Below are positions 18,293 through 27,137 of a stretch of 54,379 nucleotides of DNA, in pieces; within the stretch, counting starts at the first letter, position 1; every line of letters begins with the position of its first letter. Origin of the DNA: Patescibacteria group bacterium UBA3533 (lineage in GTDB: Bacteria > Patescibacteriota > Minisyncoccia > Phycocordibacterales > Phycocordibacteraceae); contig DFOU01000009.1 of NCBI GenBank assembly GCA_002376865.1, positions 7,788 through 62,166 on the forward strand, read 5' to 3'. Made by a program: the position numbers and the translations under genes. Under the pieces are notes generated by a model, which was given only the letters and a program-made list of their open reading frames with translations, was not told the DNA's origin and made no database searches.

Positions 18293-18684
18293 TATTCATG
18301 GTTGGGAACCTTTGTTTTGGTATCCCAGAGAAATTTCCGGTGCACAGAATCAATTCGATCCAGTACACGAAGCTCTTCCTCAGTATATAGGCTCATGGTT
18401 TCGCGCAATGGTCCAAAAGATTCCACATTGGCAACAAAAAAGTAAATTTTGTGCCCATGGATACTTTCGTCACAAAGCATAATTGAGAAATCTTTTTCAT
18501 CCAAGGTAAGGCGAGCGTGGTGTTTGATTGCACGCTGTGCACAGTGCGAGGGCCTTTCTCCTGGCTTCAAGATACATTTGGGAAGTCCCCATGTATCAAG
18601 ATTCTCCTTATGGTATCGAATGAGAAGACCTTTTTCATTCGAGTCCACTATAAAAACAACGACACTCTCAACTTGTTTTCCCAT
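18292..18684 (-). CDS. Degenerate Nudix-fold protein
   Basis: VVVFIVD....LLIR..WGLP....PGE....AQR layout, but the box lacks the REUXEE glutamates; SD GAGGAGG. Confidence 0.6.
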   Translation of the reverse strand: MGKQVESVVVFIVDSNEKGLLIRYHKENLDTWGLPKCILKPGERPSHCAQRAIKHHARLTLDEKDFSIMLCDESIHGHKIYFFVANVESFGPLRETMSLYTEEELRVLDRIDSVHRKFLWDTKTKVPNHE

Positions 18685-18705
18685 GTGCTTCCCTCCTCTA
18701 ATCCC

Positions 18706-18736
18706 ACTAAAGCACTATTTACTTTTGTATTCAAGT
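18706..18736 (-). promoter_or_regulatory. Repeated promoter-like unit, copy 2
   Basis: ACTTGAAT-acaaaagtaaatagtgc-TTTAGT. Confidence 0.6.
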
Positions 18737-18778
18737 TTAAAAGGAAACGCCCGCATAGTAGCGAGCGCCTTAGTTCGG

Positions 18779-19030
18779 CTAGATTGATCGAGAACCACTT
18801 AATCGAGCCATTTCGAATATTTCAGCAGCAAGTGCCAGAAAACCTGTTTCAAGATTTCCCCCCACCTCTATCATTCCAAGCATTTTTCCAAAAACTTGGT
18901 TCTCTGGAATCTCAATACGTCCCAGATAGGTTGAAGATTCTTTGAGTTCTTCGTACAAGGATCCGTCTCGATCAAGGCCAGCAAACAGCTCAGGCTGTTC
19001 CTGGCTCTTATCAAAAAAGAGAACGTGCAT
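18779..19030 (-). CDS. Small hypothetical ORFan protein
   Basis: SD GGAGG, promoter unit upstream, hairpin cgcccgc/gcgagcg downstream. Confidence 0.65.
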   Translation of the reverse strand: MHVLFFDKSQEQPELFAGLDRDGSLYEELKESSTYLGRIEIPENQVFGKMLGMIEVGGNLETGFLALAAEIFEMARLSGSRSI

Positions 19031-19059
19031 GCTATTCCTCCAAGTGCTTACTGGAAAGA

Positions 19060-19090
19060 ACTAAAGCACTATTTACTCTCGTGTTCAAGT
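19060..19090 (-). promoter_or_regulatory. Repeated promoter-like unit, copy 3 (overlaps the murG stop)
   Basis: ACTTGAAC-acgagagtaaatagtgc-TTTAGT. Confidence 0.6.
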
Positions 19091-20211
19091 CCAATACGTA
19101 CGAGCTCCTGTGCTATTACCTTCCCTGCATCAGGGCGTGCAAAGTGTTTTGCAGCAGATCCCATTACCTGCTTCTTGTTTGCATCTGTAATGATAGAGAG
19201 AGCTTGAGACGCTAGGATACCTGGACTCATATTCTCTTGCTCTAATACAACAGCTGCACCACTTTGAGAGTATGCATATGCATTTGTTCTCTGATCATGG
19301 GATACCTTCTCTGGAATAGGGATAAGAATTGATGGCTTCCCCCATAGAGCAAACTCAGCTAGTGCTGTTGCTCCTGAGCGAGACACTATTACATCTGCAA
19401 TACTTGCAGCTTGCTGCAGTGCATCAGCTGAAAGGTATGGATGTACATGATATCTATCTGCATAGTCTTTCTCATGCAGAATTACACTTGTGCGAGCTTT
19501 TACTCCGTCAATTAAGTTCTTTCCTGTTTGATGTATTACATGTGCTTTAGGAAGAAGTGTTGTTAGTGCATCTACAACCGTCTGATTTACATACTGAGAT
19601 CCCAAAGACCCTGTTACAACCAAAATAACAGGGAGATCATCTTTTATCTGCAAATACTCTCTTGCTCCTTCTCCATTTAGAGTATGGAGTGCTCGTCTAA
19701 CTGGTGTTCCTGTATATGCAATCTTGTTATGTACTTTCTCTGGCCAGTACTTACTCGTATTTGGGAATGACACACCAATACGATATGCCCACTTACTTGC
19801 CAAAAGGTTTGCTCTCCCTGGCTTTGCATCTGAATCATGAATAATGAGAGGAATACGCAATATCTTTGCAGCTATTGTTATTGGCACACTAGCAAAGCTT
19901 CCTTTAGAGAAAACTACATCAGGATAGATACGAAAGAGAGTCCAAAGTGCTACAAGTACTCCCCACCCTGTTACAAACAGCCCCGTAAAGTTTTTAATAT
20001 CAAAGTATCTGTGTATCTTCCCTGCTGGTATTCTCTTAAACTCAATTCCATTTTGGAAAAGTAACTGCTTATTATATGGAGTAGGTGCAAGATAGAAGAG
20101 TTTTGGAGGGATAAGTTTCTTTTCTCGCTCTATAGCTCGAATTTCCTCCGCTACTGCTATGAGCGGGTAGAAATGACCTCCTGATCCTCCTCCTGTTAGT
20201 GCGATTTTCAT
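19069..20211 (-). CDS. murG: MurG glycosyltransferase
   Basis: TGGGSGGHFYP, GSLGS, SRSGAT, DQRTNA. Confidence 0.96.
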   Translation of the reverse strand: MKIALTGGGSGGHFYPLIAVAEEIRAIEREKKLIPPKLFYLAPTPYNKQLLFQNGIEFKRIPAGKIHRYFDIKNFTGLFVTGWGVLVALWTLFRIYPDVVFSKGSFASVPITIAAKILRIPLIIHDSDAKPGRANLLASKWAYRIGVSFPNTSKYWPEKVHNKIAYTGTPVRRALHTLNGEGAREYLQIKDDLPVILVVTGSLGSQYVNQTVVDALTTLLPKAHVIHQTGKNLIDGVKARTSVILHEKDYADRYHVHPYLSADALQQAASIADVIVSRSGATALAEFALWGKPSILIPIPEKVSHDQRTNAYAYSQSGAAVVLEQENMSPGILASQALSIITDANKKQVMGSAAKHFARPDAGKVIAQELVRIGLEHESK

Positions 20212-20276
20212 TTTGTTTATGATAGCAGGTTTTGTAGAAGGATTATTAGTTATTTGTAGATCAGTTTTTGCATTTT

Positions 20277-20858
20277 TTAGTCCATTAATCTAAACCAGTC
20301 TCTTACAGATAGGTGAAGTCTAAGTACTTCGTCATCTGCCAAAACGCCACAGTGTGCTATTGGCCCTCGTATAGAATTAAGGCTCGCCATAACTTTTTCC
20401 ACAGCTTTTTTACTTGTTAAAAAACCAAATAAATCCCAGTTTTCTTTTATAATCTCACCAAGTTCACCGAATGTGCAAAAATCAATCCCTTCTTCAGATC
20501 TTGGTGTTAGTCCGGAATCTAGTTCTTTTTGTATTCTATCCACCACCTTTGCTTTTATCTCATCGTTAATAAGTGTGCTTTCCCACCAATCTGTACCCTC
20601 TGCTTCGTATAGAGTTTCAGATATCAGTTTCTTTATAGTTTTTTCAAGAGAATAAAAAACTTCATAGTGCGGAGCCATAAATGCTGCCTCTTTTCTTATT
20701 TTTTGTTCAATTTGGGGATAGTAGTCTCGATCAACCTGTGCAATGTCTTCTTTTGGGCGACCTAAATCAAAATCATATTTTGTTTCTATATTATCAAAAT
20801 CGTGTTCGATAATAGAATTATTCATCAAAAAGCTCTTGATTTGCTGAACCTTACTCAT
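20277..20858 (-). CDS. Swt1-like HEPN domain protein (putative RNase)
   Basis: YEVFYSLE..I...I....G.DWW, TFGEL..II..NW..F, and R-x4-H motif RGPIAH. Confidence 0.75.
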   Translation of the reverse strand: MSKVQQIKSFLMNNSIIEHDFDNIETKYDFDLGRPKEDIAQVDRDYYPQIEQKIRKEAAFMAPHYEVFYSLEKTIKKLISETLYEAEGTDWWESTLINDEIKAKVVDRIQKELDSGLTPRSEEGIDFCTFGELGEIIKENWDLFGFLTSKKAVEKVMASLNSIRGPIAHCGVLADDEVLRLHLSVRDWFRLMD

Positions 20859-21514
20859 TAATCTAACAGGTTATCCTTCAAGCTTTTAAAAATTGCATTG
20901 TATACAGCGGAGTCTGTTGTGGCTGGCAAATTCAAGTTTATGTTATAGCCAAGTTTAATTTGATGCCCCTGTTTTATAGGTGGAGTTTTAGGCGGGACCA
21001 CAGCCTCTTCATCTTCAACATCTACGTCTTCTGCTATGCCTTCCTCAGCAAGTATCTCTTCCTCGACACCTTCAAATTTAGAAAACTTTTTAAGCTCTTT
21101 GAAAGACCCAAGAATTACTTGAACTGTTTTTGATCCTGTTGCAAGTCCTGTCGATTGAATTACAAGGTCTTTTAGTACAGCGTCACTTACATCATGTACG
21201 TATTCATTCATGCCATAAAGTACAGAGAAACCTCTTCGCATTGCTTTTTCTGTGGCAAGGCTTCGTGTTGATTCTGTTCTAAATTTCTTATATAAATCTG
21301 TTGGCGTACCATCACTGTTCAAAAATCCAATCTTTTTTAAAAAAGGAATGACAGGACGTGCCGAGCTACTCCTAGCGCCTAATTTTGTGGTTAGAAAATC
21401 TACAGTAAACCTTGCTGGTGTTGGTGCATCAATAATTTTTTTTAAAATTTTTCCAATATAACCATATCCAGTAACATAAGGTATATTCGAGCTTTCTGTG
21501 TTTGTGTTGCCCAT
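20858..21514 (-). CDS. DUF5343-like protein
   Basis: PY......KI..APTP.RFT.DFL...LG, FLKKIGFL.SDG.PT.LY, YNINLNLPAT.D..VYNAIFKSL. Confidence 0.7.
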   Translation of the reverse strand: MGNTNTESSNIPYVTGYGYIGKILKKIIDAPTPARFTVDFLTTKLGARSSSARPVIPFLKKIGFLNSDGTPTDLYKKFRTESTRSLATEKAMRRGFSVLYGMNEYVHDVSDAVLKDLVIQSTGLATGSKTVQVILGSFKELKKFSKFEGVEEEILAEEGIAEDVDVEDEEAVVPPKTPPIKQGHQIKLGYNINLNLPATTDSAVYNAIFKSLKDNLLD

Positions 21515-21603
21515 AATTTTTTAATTATTGAGATTGGTAATAGGTATATATTATAAAAGGTTACTTTCTTCTAATCTATCTTACCAAAAACTTCTTTAGC
21601 AAC

Positions 21604-22710
21604 CTACCCCTTCTTCGTAAACGCCGATATATGAAGAATGATACCAACAGAAGCCAGTGCAACCAAGAGAGCTGTACCTCCATGACTTACAAATATCAAA
21701 GGAAGACCAGTTAAAGGAAATACTCCAAGCATCGCTCCAATATTTAATACAGACTGGTACGTAATAGAAGAAACAATTCCAACAACAACAAGAGCAGCAA
21801 AATGATCAGGTGCTCTTGTTGCTATATTCATACCTCTTGTAAAGAGAGCGATGAATAAGGCAAGTAAGATAAGTACACCAATAAATCCAACCTCCTCTGC
21901 ATATACGGCAAATACTGAGTCTCCAACAGGCTCAGGAAGATAACTAAACTTCTGTACACTCTGCCCTATTCCCCTTCCAAAGATTCCTCCTGATCCTATG
22001 GCAATAAGGGACTGTTGTATCTGATAACTTGCACCAAGAGGATCACTCCCTGGTTGTAAGAAGGTTAGAAACCTTTCAAGTACATATGGCCTAAAGGCAG
22101 CAAGCACTCCAAGTCCTGCTATTCCCCCCAAAGAAAGGAATCCAATATCTCTCCAAGGAGCCCCAGCTGCAAAGTACATCGTTACAGCAGTTGCAATAAG
22201 CACTAGTGCGGTACCGGTATCAGGCTGTAGCAAGAGAATAAGTACGGGAATACCAAGGATAATAGAAAAAGGAATAAGGCCAATTGCCATCTTCTTTATC
22301 TTCGCTTTTGCAGCAGATAAATAGGTTGCCAAGTACAATACCAATCCAATCTTTAGAAGCTCTGCAGGTTGCAGAGAGAATCCTCCAAGATCAAGCCAGC
22401 GTGTAGCACCATTTGCTGTAACTCCAAGTCCTGGAATAAATACAAGAGCAGTGGCAATAACAGCAAGAATGTACCCATAGAACGCTACCTTCTTATAGAA
22501 CTTATGAGGAATAAAGAGTGCAATAACTAACGCTAAACTTCCAAGGAAAAGCCCCAGGATGAGCTGTGTGGCAAACAATTTAGAAACTGAGACACTTTCT
22601 CGCGGAAGAAGTCCTAAACTCGCAGAAGCAAAGGTAATAAACCCAATAGCAACAAGAAGTCCCACAATAACGAGGAACGTTTTATCTACTTTTTTGAGAA
22701 TATTTGGCAT
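21604..22710 (-). CDS. ftsW: SEDS peptidoglycan glycosyltransferase FtsW
   Basis: GATRW, QPAELLK, LQPDTGT, YQIQQS, PLTGLPL.FVSHGG. Confidence 0.93.
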   Translation of the reverse strand: MPNILKKVDKTFLVIVGLLVAIGFITFASASLGLLPRESVSVSKLFATQLILGLFLGSLALVIALFIPHKFYKKVAFYGYILAVIATALVFIPGLGVTANGATRWLDLGGFSLQPAELLKIGLVLYLATYLSAAKAKIKKMAIGLIPFSIILGIPVLILLLQPDTGTALVLIATAVTMYFAAGAPWRDIGFLSLGGIAGLGVLAAFRPYVLERFLTFLQPGSDPLGASYQIQQSLIAIGSGGIFGRGIGQSVQKFSYLPEPVGDSVFAVYAEEVGFIGVLILLALFIALFTRGMNIATRAPDHFAALVVVGIVSSITYQSVLNIGAMLGVFPLTGLPLIFVSHGGTALLVALASVGIILHISAFTKKG

Positions 22711-22734
22711 GTATAGGCTACATCATACCGTATA

Positions 22735-22763
22735 TTGACTCTTCTAAAGAAGTAGAACATAGT
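22735..22763 (+). promoter_or_regulatory. Promoter of the ORFan at 22794
   Basis: TTGACT-N17-CATAGT. Confidence 0.45.
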
Positions 22764-22793
22764 TGTCTTTAGACACGCAGCAGAGAGGTAGCA

Positions 22794-23057
22794 ATGCCAC
22801 ACGTTAACCTGATTGTTCATGACCCTTTGAAAAGAAACTTTTTCTTTTCGAAAGCTCAAGACTGGGAAACGCTCCCGCAAGTGGGCGAACTTATAAGCCT
22901 TGAAAGAACTTTGTGGCTGAAGGTTAAGGCAGTGCAGCAAGCGAAGTTTTTTATTTTCAAACTGCCCATGTGGCGCATTGAGTTTGTGGTTCCGAATCTT
23001 GAAAGTGTCGAAGAGCACTTTGAGGGTGTGGAAGGCTGGACCAGGCATACACGCTAG
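22794..23057 (+). CDS. Small hypothetical ORFan protein
   Basis: SD GAGGT, own promoter and terminator, opposite strand to the flanking ftsW and mraY. Confidence 0.6.
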   Translation: MPHVNLIVHDPLKRNFFFSKAQDWETLPQVGELISLERTLWLKVKAVQQAKFFIFKLPMWRIEFVVPNLESVEEHFEGVEGWTRHTR

Positions 23058-23064
23058 GGCAACA

Positions 23065-23095
23065 AAAAGGTCGAACTAATATTGTTCGACCTTTT
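23065..23095. terminator. Intrinsic terminator
   Basis: aaaaggtcgaac-taatatt-gttcgacctttt. Confidence 0.75.
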
Positions 23096-23102
23096 ACTTT
23101 TG

Positions 23103-23131
23103 TTGACTTTCATGGGTTTATGGCAGATAGT
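23103..23131 (+). promoter_or_regulatory. Promoter of the HTH ORFan at 23155
   Basis: TTGACT-N17-GATAGT followed by SD TAAGGAGG. Confidence 0.45.
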
Positions 23132-23154
23132 GGCTGCAGACTAAGGAGGAGACA

Positions 23155-23478
23155 ATGATTAACATTGCTTCAGTTGAAGAAGGGCCAGAGGCGAGTGTTT
23201 TGGAAGAATTGAAGTCAATTCCTACCGAAATATATACCCGATTGCTCGGCATTATCGAAAGAGAAGATTTTAATCTGGAAGATGATGAAGTGTGTATGCG
23301 CCTTATATATCTTTTGTATTTTCATCGCCTGTTCAAACAAGATCACATTGCAACAGAATTTAATGTGACTCAAGGAATGGTCTCAAGGTGGGGACGCGGC
23401 GAGCAAGTACTGCCTCACGCATACCGTGAAAGATATTTTGAGGTAATCAAGAAGATGCTTCGAGAGAAGATCTCTTAG
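23155..23478 (+). CDS. Small protein with C-terminal Cro/Xre-type HTH
   Basis: QDHIATEFNVTQGMVSRWGRGEQ; perfect SD TAAGGAGG; hairpin aggaccgcc/ggcggtcct downstream. Confidence 0.72.
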   Translation: MINIASVEEGPEASVLEELKSIPTEIYTRLLGIIEREDFNLEDDEVCMRLIYLLYFHRLFKQDHIATEFNVTQGMVSRWGRGEQVLPHAYRERYFEVIKKMLREKIS

Positions 23479-23531
23479 AAAAAAGCTACATAACATGCAA
23501 TTGAAGAGGACCGCCCCGGCGGTCCTTTCTG

Positions 23532-24596
23532 CTATTCAACAATCGCAAGAGTAACTCCTAAGATGGCAAAGATGAGGGTAACGATCCAATATCGCATCGT
23601 AACTTTATGCGCAGGCCATCCAATAGCTTCAAAGTGGTGGTGAATAGGAGCAATTTTAAATATCTTTCGCCCCAAGAACTTCTTTGAAAGCACTTGTAGT
23701 ACATTTGCGCCAACAGTTCCAATTAATGGAAAAGCAATAATAGGAAGCACAGCAATACCAATTCCCTCTCCTAAGGTATCAGTCATTATGGCAATGGTGG
23801 CAAGCGCCATTGTAAGTGCCATAGAGCCTGTCTCAGTCATATAAAAACGTGCAGGAGGAATATTGAACCAAAGGAATGCAAGTGTTGCTCCTGCAATAGT
23901 TGCTGAGAAGGCCGCAATATCAAACTGCCCCTGCATAAAGGCAACAACAGCATATGCTCCAAAGATAATAGAAAAGACTCCACCTGAGAGTCCATCTATT
24001 CCATCAATAACACCACTGGCATAAATAATAAGAGTTCCAATAACAAAGAAAGGAATAATCCAGATACCAAGCTCAAGTGGCTGCATAAATGGAATACCAA
24101 CTGAAGTTATTTCAAGCTTTGAGTAAAACCATACTGCAGCGAGTGTTGCAGCTGATCCAACAACAAGAAGACGCACAGGAAGCTTTAATCCCATGCCTCC
24201 ACGCGTAACTTCAATAAGGTCATCAATAAGTCCAACAAATGCTCCTAAGAAGAAGAGTGCTGCAGGTACCCATGTCTGACTTCGAGTAAGGAAGTCAAAA
24301 TCTGTAGCGATGGTGTTTGGTGCAAGAAGCGCAAATAAGAAAATACCAAAAAGAGTTATAGCTACTGATCCCCAAATAAGGATTCCTCCCATGCGAGGAG
24401 TATTTACCTCTCGCTCTCCATGCAGTGCATCAAAGATTGGAGTTTTTCCTCCCCCCATACCAACTCCCTTCCCTCCTTTTTTCTTCCATGCTTTATGTTT
24501 ATACAAAAAATGAGTAAGTATTGGAGCTCCAGCAATACCTACCAAGAAGGCTACAATTGCAGGCACAAATACTTTAAGAATCTCGGCTTCAATCAT
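23532..24596 (-). CDS. mraY: Phospho-N-acetylmuramoyl-pentapeptide transferase
   Basis: TPRMGG, GLIDD, DGIDGL, FLWFNIPPA, APIHHHFE. Confidence 0.95.
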   Translation of the reverse strand: MIEAEILKVFVPAIVAFLVGIAGAPILTHFLYKHKAWKKKGGKGVGMGGGKTPIFDALHGEREVNTPRMGGILIWGSVAITLFGIFLFALLAPNTIATDFDFLTRSQTWVPAALFFLGAFVGLIDDLIEVTRGGMGLKLPVRLLVVGSAATLAAVWFYSKLEITSVGIPFMQPLELGIWIIPFFVIGTLIIYASGVIDGIDGLSGGVFSIIFGAYAVVAFMQGQFDIAAFSATIAGATLAFLWFNIPPARFYMTETGSMALTMALATIAIMTDTLGEGIGIAVLPIIAFPLIGTVGANVLQVLSKKFLGRKIFKIAPIHHHFEAIGWPAHKVTMRYWIVTLIFAILGVTLAIVE

Positions 24597-24620
24597 ATCT
24601 ATACACTATATCAGCTAAAA

Positions 24621-25541
24621 CTAGGGCGTATAGGTGAAATGCTCTAGTGTTTTCTCTACTAATTTCTCCACATCATCAAACCTTCCATCACGCGATGAAC
24701 CAAGTACAACAACGGCAACAGGGCGAGTAGGAGCAACTTCAATAAGCACTGCAAGATTTCCTCCTGCAAGGTCTGTAAATCCTGTCTTTGCACCAACTAA
24801 TTGCGGCAAGATGCCAGCTAGAGCATTGGTGGTGCTTGCATGGTGCTCGAATCCTTCAGCTGAAGTAAACGAAGCTCTCTCTTGTGAGCTATCAAGCAAT
24901 AGATCTCTATTCTTTTCATACATAGTTCCGAGAAGGAGTGCTACATCTTTTGCAGATCCATATGCTCCTGACATTTGGGTGTTGGTATCAAGACCTGTTC
25001 CATTTAAAGCAAATGTCTGAGGAAGCGAAAGTACTGCTGCAGCTTGAGAGAGTGCTAGTGCTGGAGTAGTTCCTTCCCTATTACTTACCGCACGTACTAA
25101 AGCATTTGCTCCATCATTTGACGATGAGATAAGTGCAAAGCGAGCAAGGTCTCCAACCTTCCATGTCTCAGATACTAAAAGCCCACTATCTCCTTCTGTA
25201 CGTAAATCTTCTGCTGTTATACGAACGTATCCATTCTCTCCAAGCTTCTCAGCTGCTACATGTGTTGTAAGGAGTTTGGTAAGCGATGCAAGTGGAAGCT
25301 GTGTCTCCTCTTCAACAGCAAAAAGAGCTTCTCCTGTCTTTAGGTCATAGACAATAGCTGCCCCAGCTCCAATCTCTACACCCTCAAAAGCATCTGGAAG
25401 ACTTATCTCTGGAGCCATTGTTGCAACCTGATCTTTTGTGGGTGCTATATATGAAATTCCAACAAGCAATCCAATCAAAAGGAGTAAGATTCCTCCAACT
25501 GTTGCCACTCTTTGTACTTTTGGATTATTCTCGTTCATCAT
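24621..25541 (-). CDS. D-alanyl-D-alanine carboxypeptidase (peptidase S11)
   Basis: SxxK (ASLTK), SxN (SSN) and KTG motifs; N-terminal TM. Confidence 0.9.
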   Translation of the reverse strand: MMNENNPKVQRVATVGGILLLLIGLLVGISYIAPTKDQVATMAPEISLPDAFEGVEIGAGAAIVYDLKTGEALFAVEEETQLPLASLTKLLTTHVAAEKLGENGYVRITAEDLRTEGDSGLLVSETWKVGDLARFALISSSNDGANALVRAVSNREGTTPALALSQAAAVLSLPQTFALNGTGLDTNTQMSGAYGSAKDVALLLGTMYEKNRDLLLDSSQERASFTSAEGFEHHASTTNALAGILPQLVGAKTGFTDLAGGNLAVLIEVAPTRPVAVVVLGSSRDGRFDDVEKLVEKTLEHFTYTP

Positions 25542-26076
25542 CTTTTTCTTTTAGCGTCTCTTCAAGAGCTGCAAGCTCCTTTGAGAGCTCTTCGTAGTTT
25601 GGAAGCTCCTCTTTTGCTCCAACTCCAAGGTGTGCCAATGCTTCTGTAGTTGGTTTATACAAATAGCTTCGTGAGTCTTTTGGATTTGCTGTTCTTGTAA
25701 CAAGTCCACGCATAAGGAGTGTGCGGAGAGCTGCTCCTGCATTTACCCCTCGAATATATTCTATATCAGCTCGAGTAGATGCTCCTTTATAGAAAAGGAT
25801 AGAGAGTGTTTCGATTCCTGCCTTTCCAATACCTCCTGAGAGCTCGTCTTTGTGCATCTTTTCAATAATGTCAGATGCTCCTGCTGCAGTTCTAAGCTCT
25901 ACGTGAGAGTCAGTTCGAAGAAGTGTAATGCCTCTTTTCTCTAATTCATCAGCAAGAATAGTAAGATTTCGCTTGATTTCAGCTTCAGGAACTTCAAAAA
26001 GCTTTGCCAACTCTTTAATAGCAACTTGCTCTCCTTTTGCAAAGAGAACAGCTTCAATCTTAGCGCTCATTTCCAT
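25525..26076 (-). CDS. scpB: SMC-Scp complex subunit ScpB
   Basis: IEAVLF, ETLSIL.Y, TRADIEYIRGVN. Confidence 0.93.
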   Translation of the reverse strand: MEMSAKIEAVLFAKGEQVAIKELAKLFEVPEAEIKRNLTILADELEKRGITLLRTDSHVELRTAAGASDIIEKMHKDELSGGIGKAGIETLSILFYKGASTRADIEYIRGVNAGAALRTLLMRGLVTRTANPKDSRSYLYKPTTEALAHLGVGAKEELPNYEELSKELAALEETLKEKDDERE

Positions 26077-26147
26077 AGAGATGAGTATAGCATTTACAAA
26101 TATAGAAGAAATTGGTTATTATCAATCCAGTTGTAACGGAGGAAGTT

Positions 26148-26414
26148 ATGGACCTCATGTACGTTGTGTACTTCACAATTATTGCAGCTTCGCTATACGG
26201 ACTCTTTGAAGTTTTCTTCATTTGGCGTCCTGCACACGAGAAAGCCAGGCGAAATGGCATTTCTACATCTGAGATGGATGCTCGGATGTTAAAGCGCCTC
26301 AATCTCGCAATGGTGATTCTCGTAATCGCACTTGCAGCCGCGCTATTCATGGTCAAGAAAGAAGTAAGCCACATCAATCCGGATGTGGCTTTAATCGTAC
26401 TTAGGAGCAGCTAA
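26148..26414 (+). CDS. Small two-TM ORFan lying antisense between scpA and scpB
   Basis: SD GGAGG upstream of the ATG at 26148; two hydrophobic helices; TTTACA..TATTAT upstream. Confidence 0.55.
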   Translation: MDLMYVVYFTIIAASLYGLFEVFFIWRPAHEKARRNGISTSEMDARMLKRLNLAMVILVIALAAALFMVKKEVSHINPDVALIVLRSS

Positions 26415-27137
26415 ATCAGAAGCAGAGAGTTCAATTTCTTGGAAATTCCCTTGCTGGACTACATTTAGTGCTCCTTGCTTTACAAGCTCAAGCATCGCAA
26501 GGAAAGAAACAACAACATTCACCTTCTCTACCTTCCCTATTCCAGAGAATTCGGTAAATGACATAGAAAGAGATTTTTGAATTCGAGCAGATAAACTCTC
26601 CATCATATCTTCAAGAGAAACCACTTCCCTTACCTTCGCTTTAGGAAGCGCTTTAAATTGCTTTCTGGCTTTTATAAGAAAATCTTCAAGTGAAGTTTGC
26701 ACAACTTCTTGTGTAAGAATCTCATCTGGTACAAAAATTGGCTCTTGCTCTGGTACAAAAGATCGCTCATATAAAATTCTCTTTCCCCAGCGTGGCCACA
26801 GCAGAAGCGCAATACGTCTATATTTCTTATACAACTTCAACCTATTCTCCAATTCCTCCACGTCACTCTCTTCTTCTGTTGTGAGGTCTAGTACTGGAAG
26901 AAGGTTCTTGGACTTGATAAGAAGGAGTGTTGCAGCAATGAGGATGAAATTTGCAGTTTCTTCTACAGGGAAATTATCCTTTTCATTTACATACTTAATA
27001 TAGTCATCAGCAACTTGTGCCAAAGACACATCACTTACGTGTAGTTTTCTTTTCTCAATAAGAGAAACCAGTAGGTCAAATGGTCCTTCAAAAGATTCTG
27101 TCTTAACTTGAAAGGCGTTAATCGGAATTGTTGTCAT
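26391..27137 (-). CDS. scpA: Segregation and condensation protein ScpA
   Basis: FEGPFDLL.LI, AATLLLIKS..LLP, VVSFLAMLEL. Confidence 0.94.
   Translation of the reverse strand: MTTIPINAFQVKTESFEGPFDLLVSLIEKRKLHVSDVSLAQVADDYIKYVNEKDNFPVEETANFILIAATLLLIKSKNLLPVLDLTTEEESDVEELENRLKLYKKYRRIALLLWPRWGKRILYERSFVPEQEPIFVPDEILTQEVVQTSLEDFLIKARKQFKALPKAKVREVVSLEDMMESLSARIQKSLSMSFTEFSGIGKVEKVNVVVSFLAMLELVKQGALNVVQQGNFQEIELSASDLAAPKYD

Noticed and set aside
17206-19090. Integron attC cassette array
   Set aside because: No intI gene and no RYYYAAC...GTTRRRY attC cores; the repeats look like promoters and are reported as such.
26060-26377. 105-aa minus-strand ORF between scpA and scpB
   Set aside because: Shadow of the plus-strand ORF, which has an SD and a coherent two-TM pattern.
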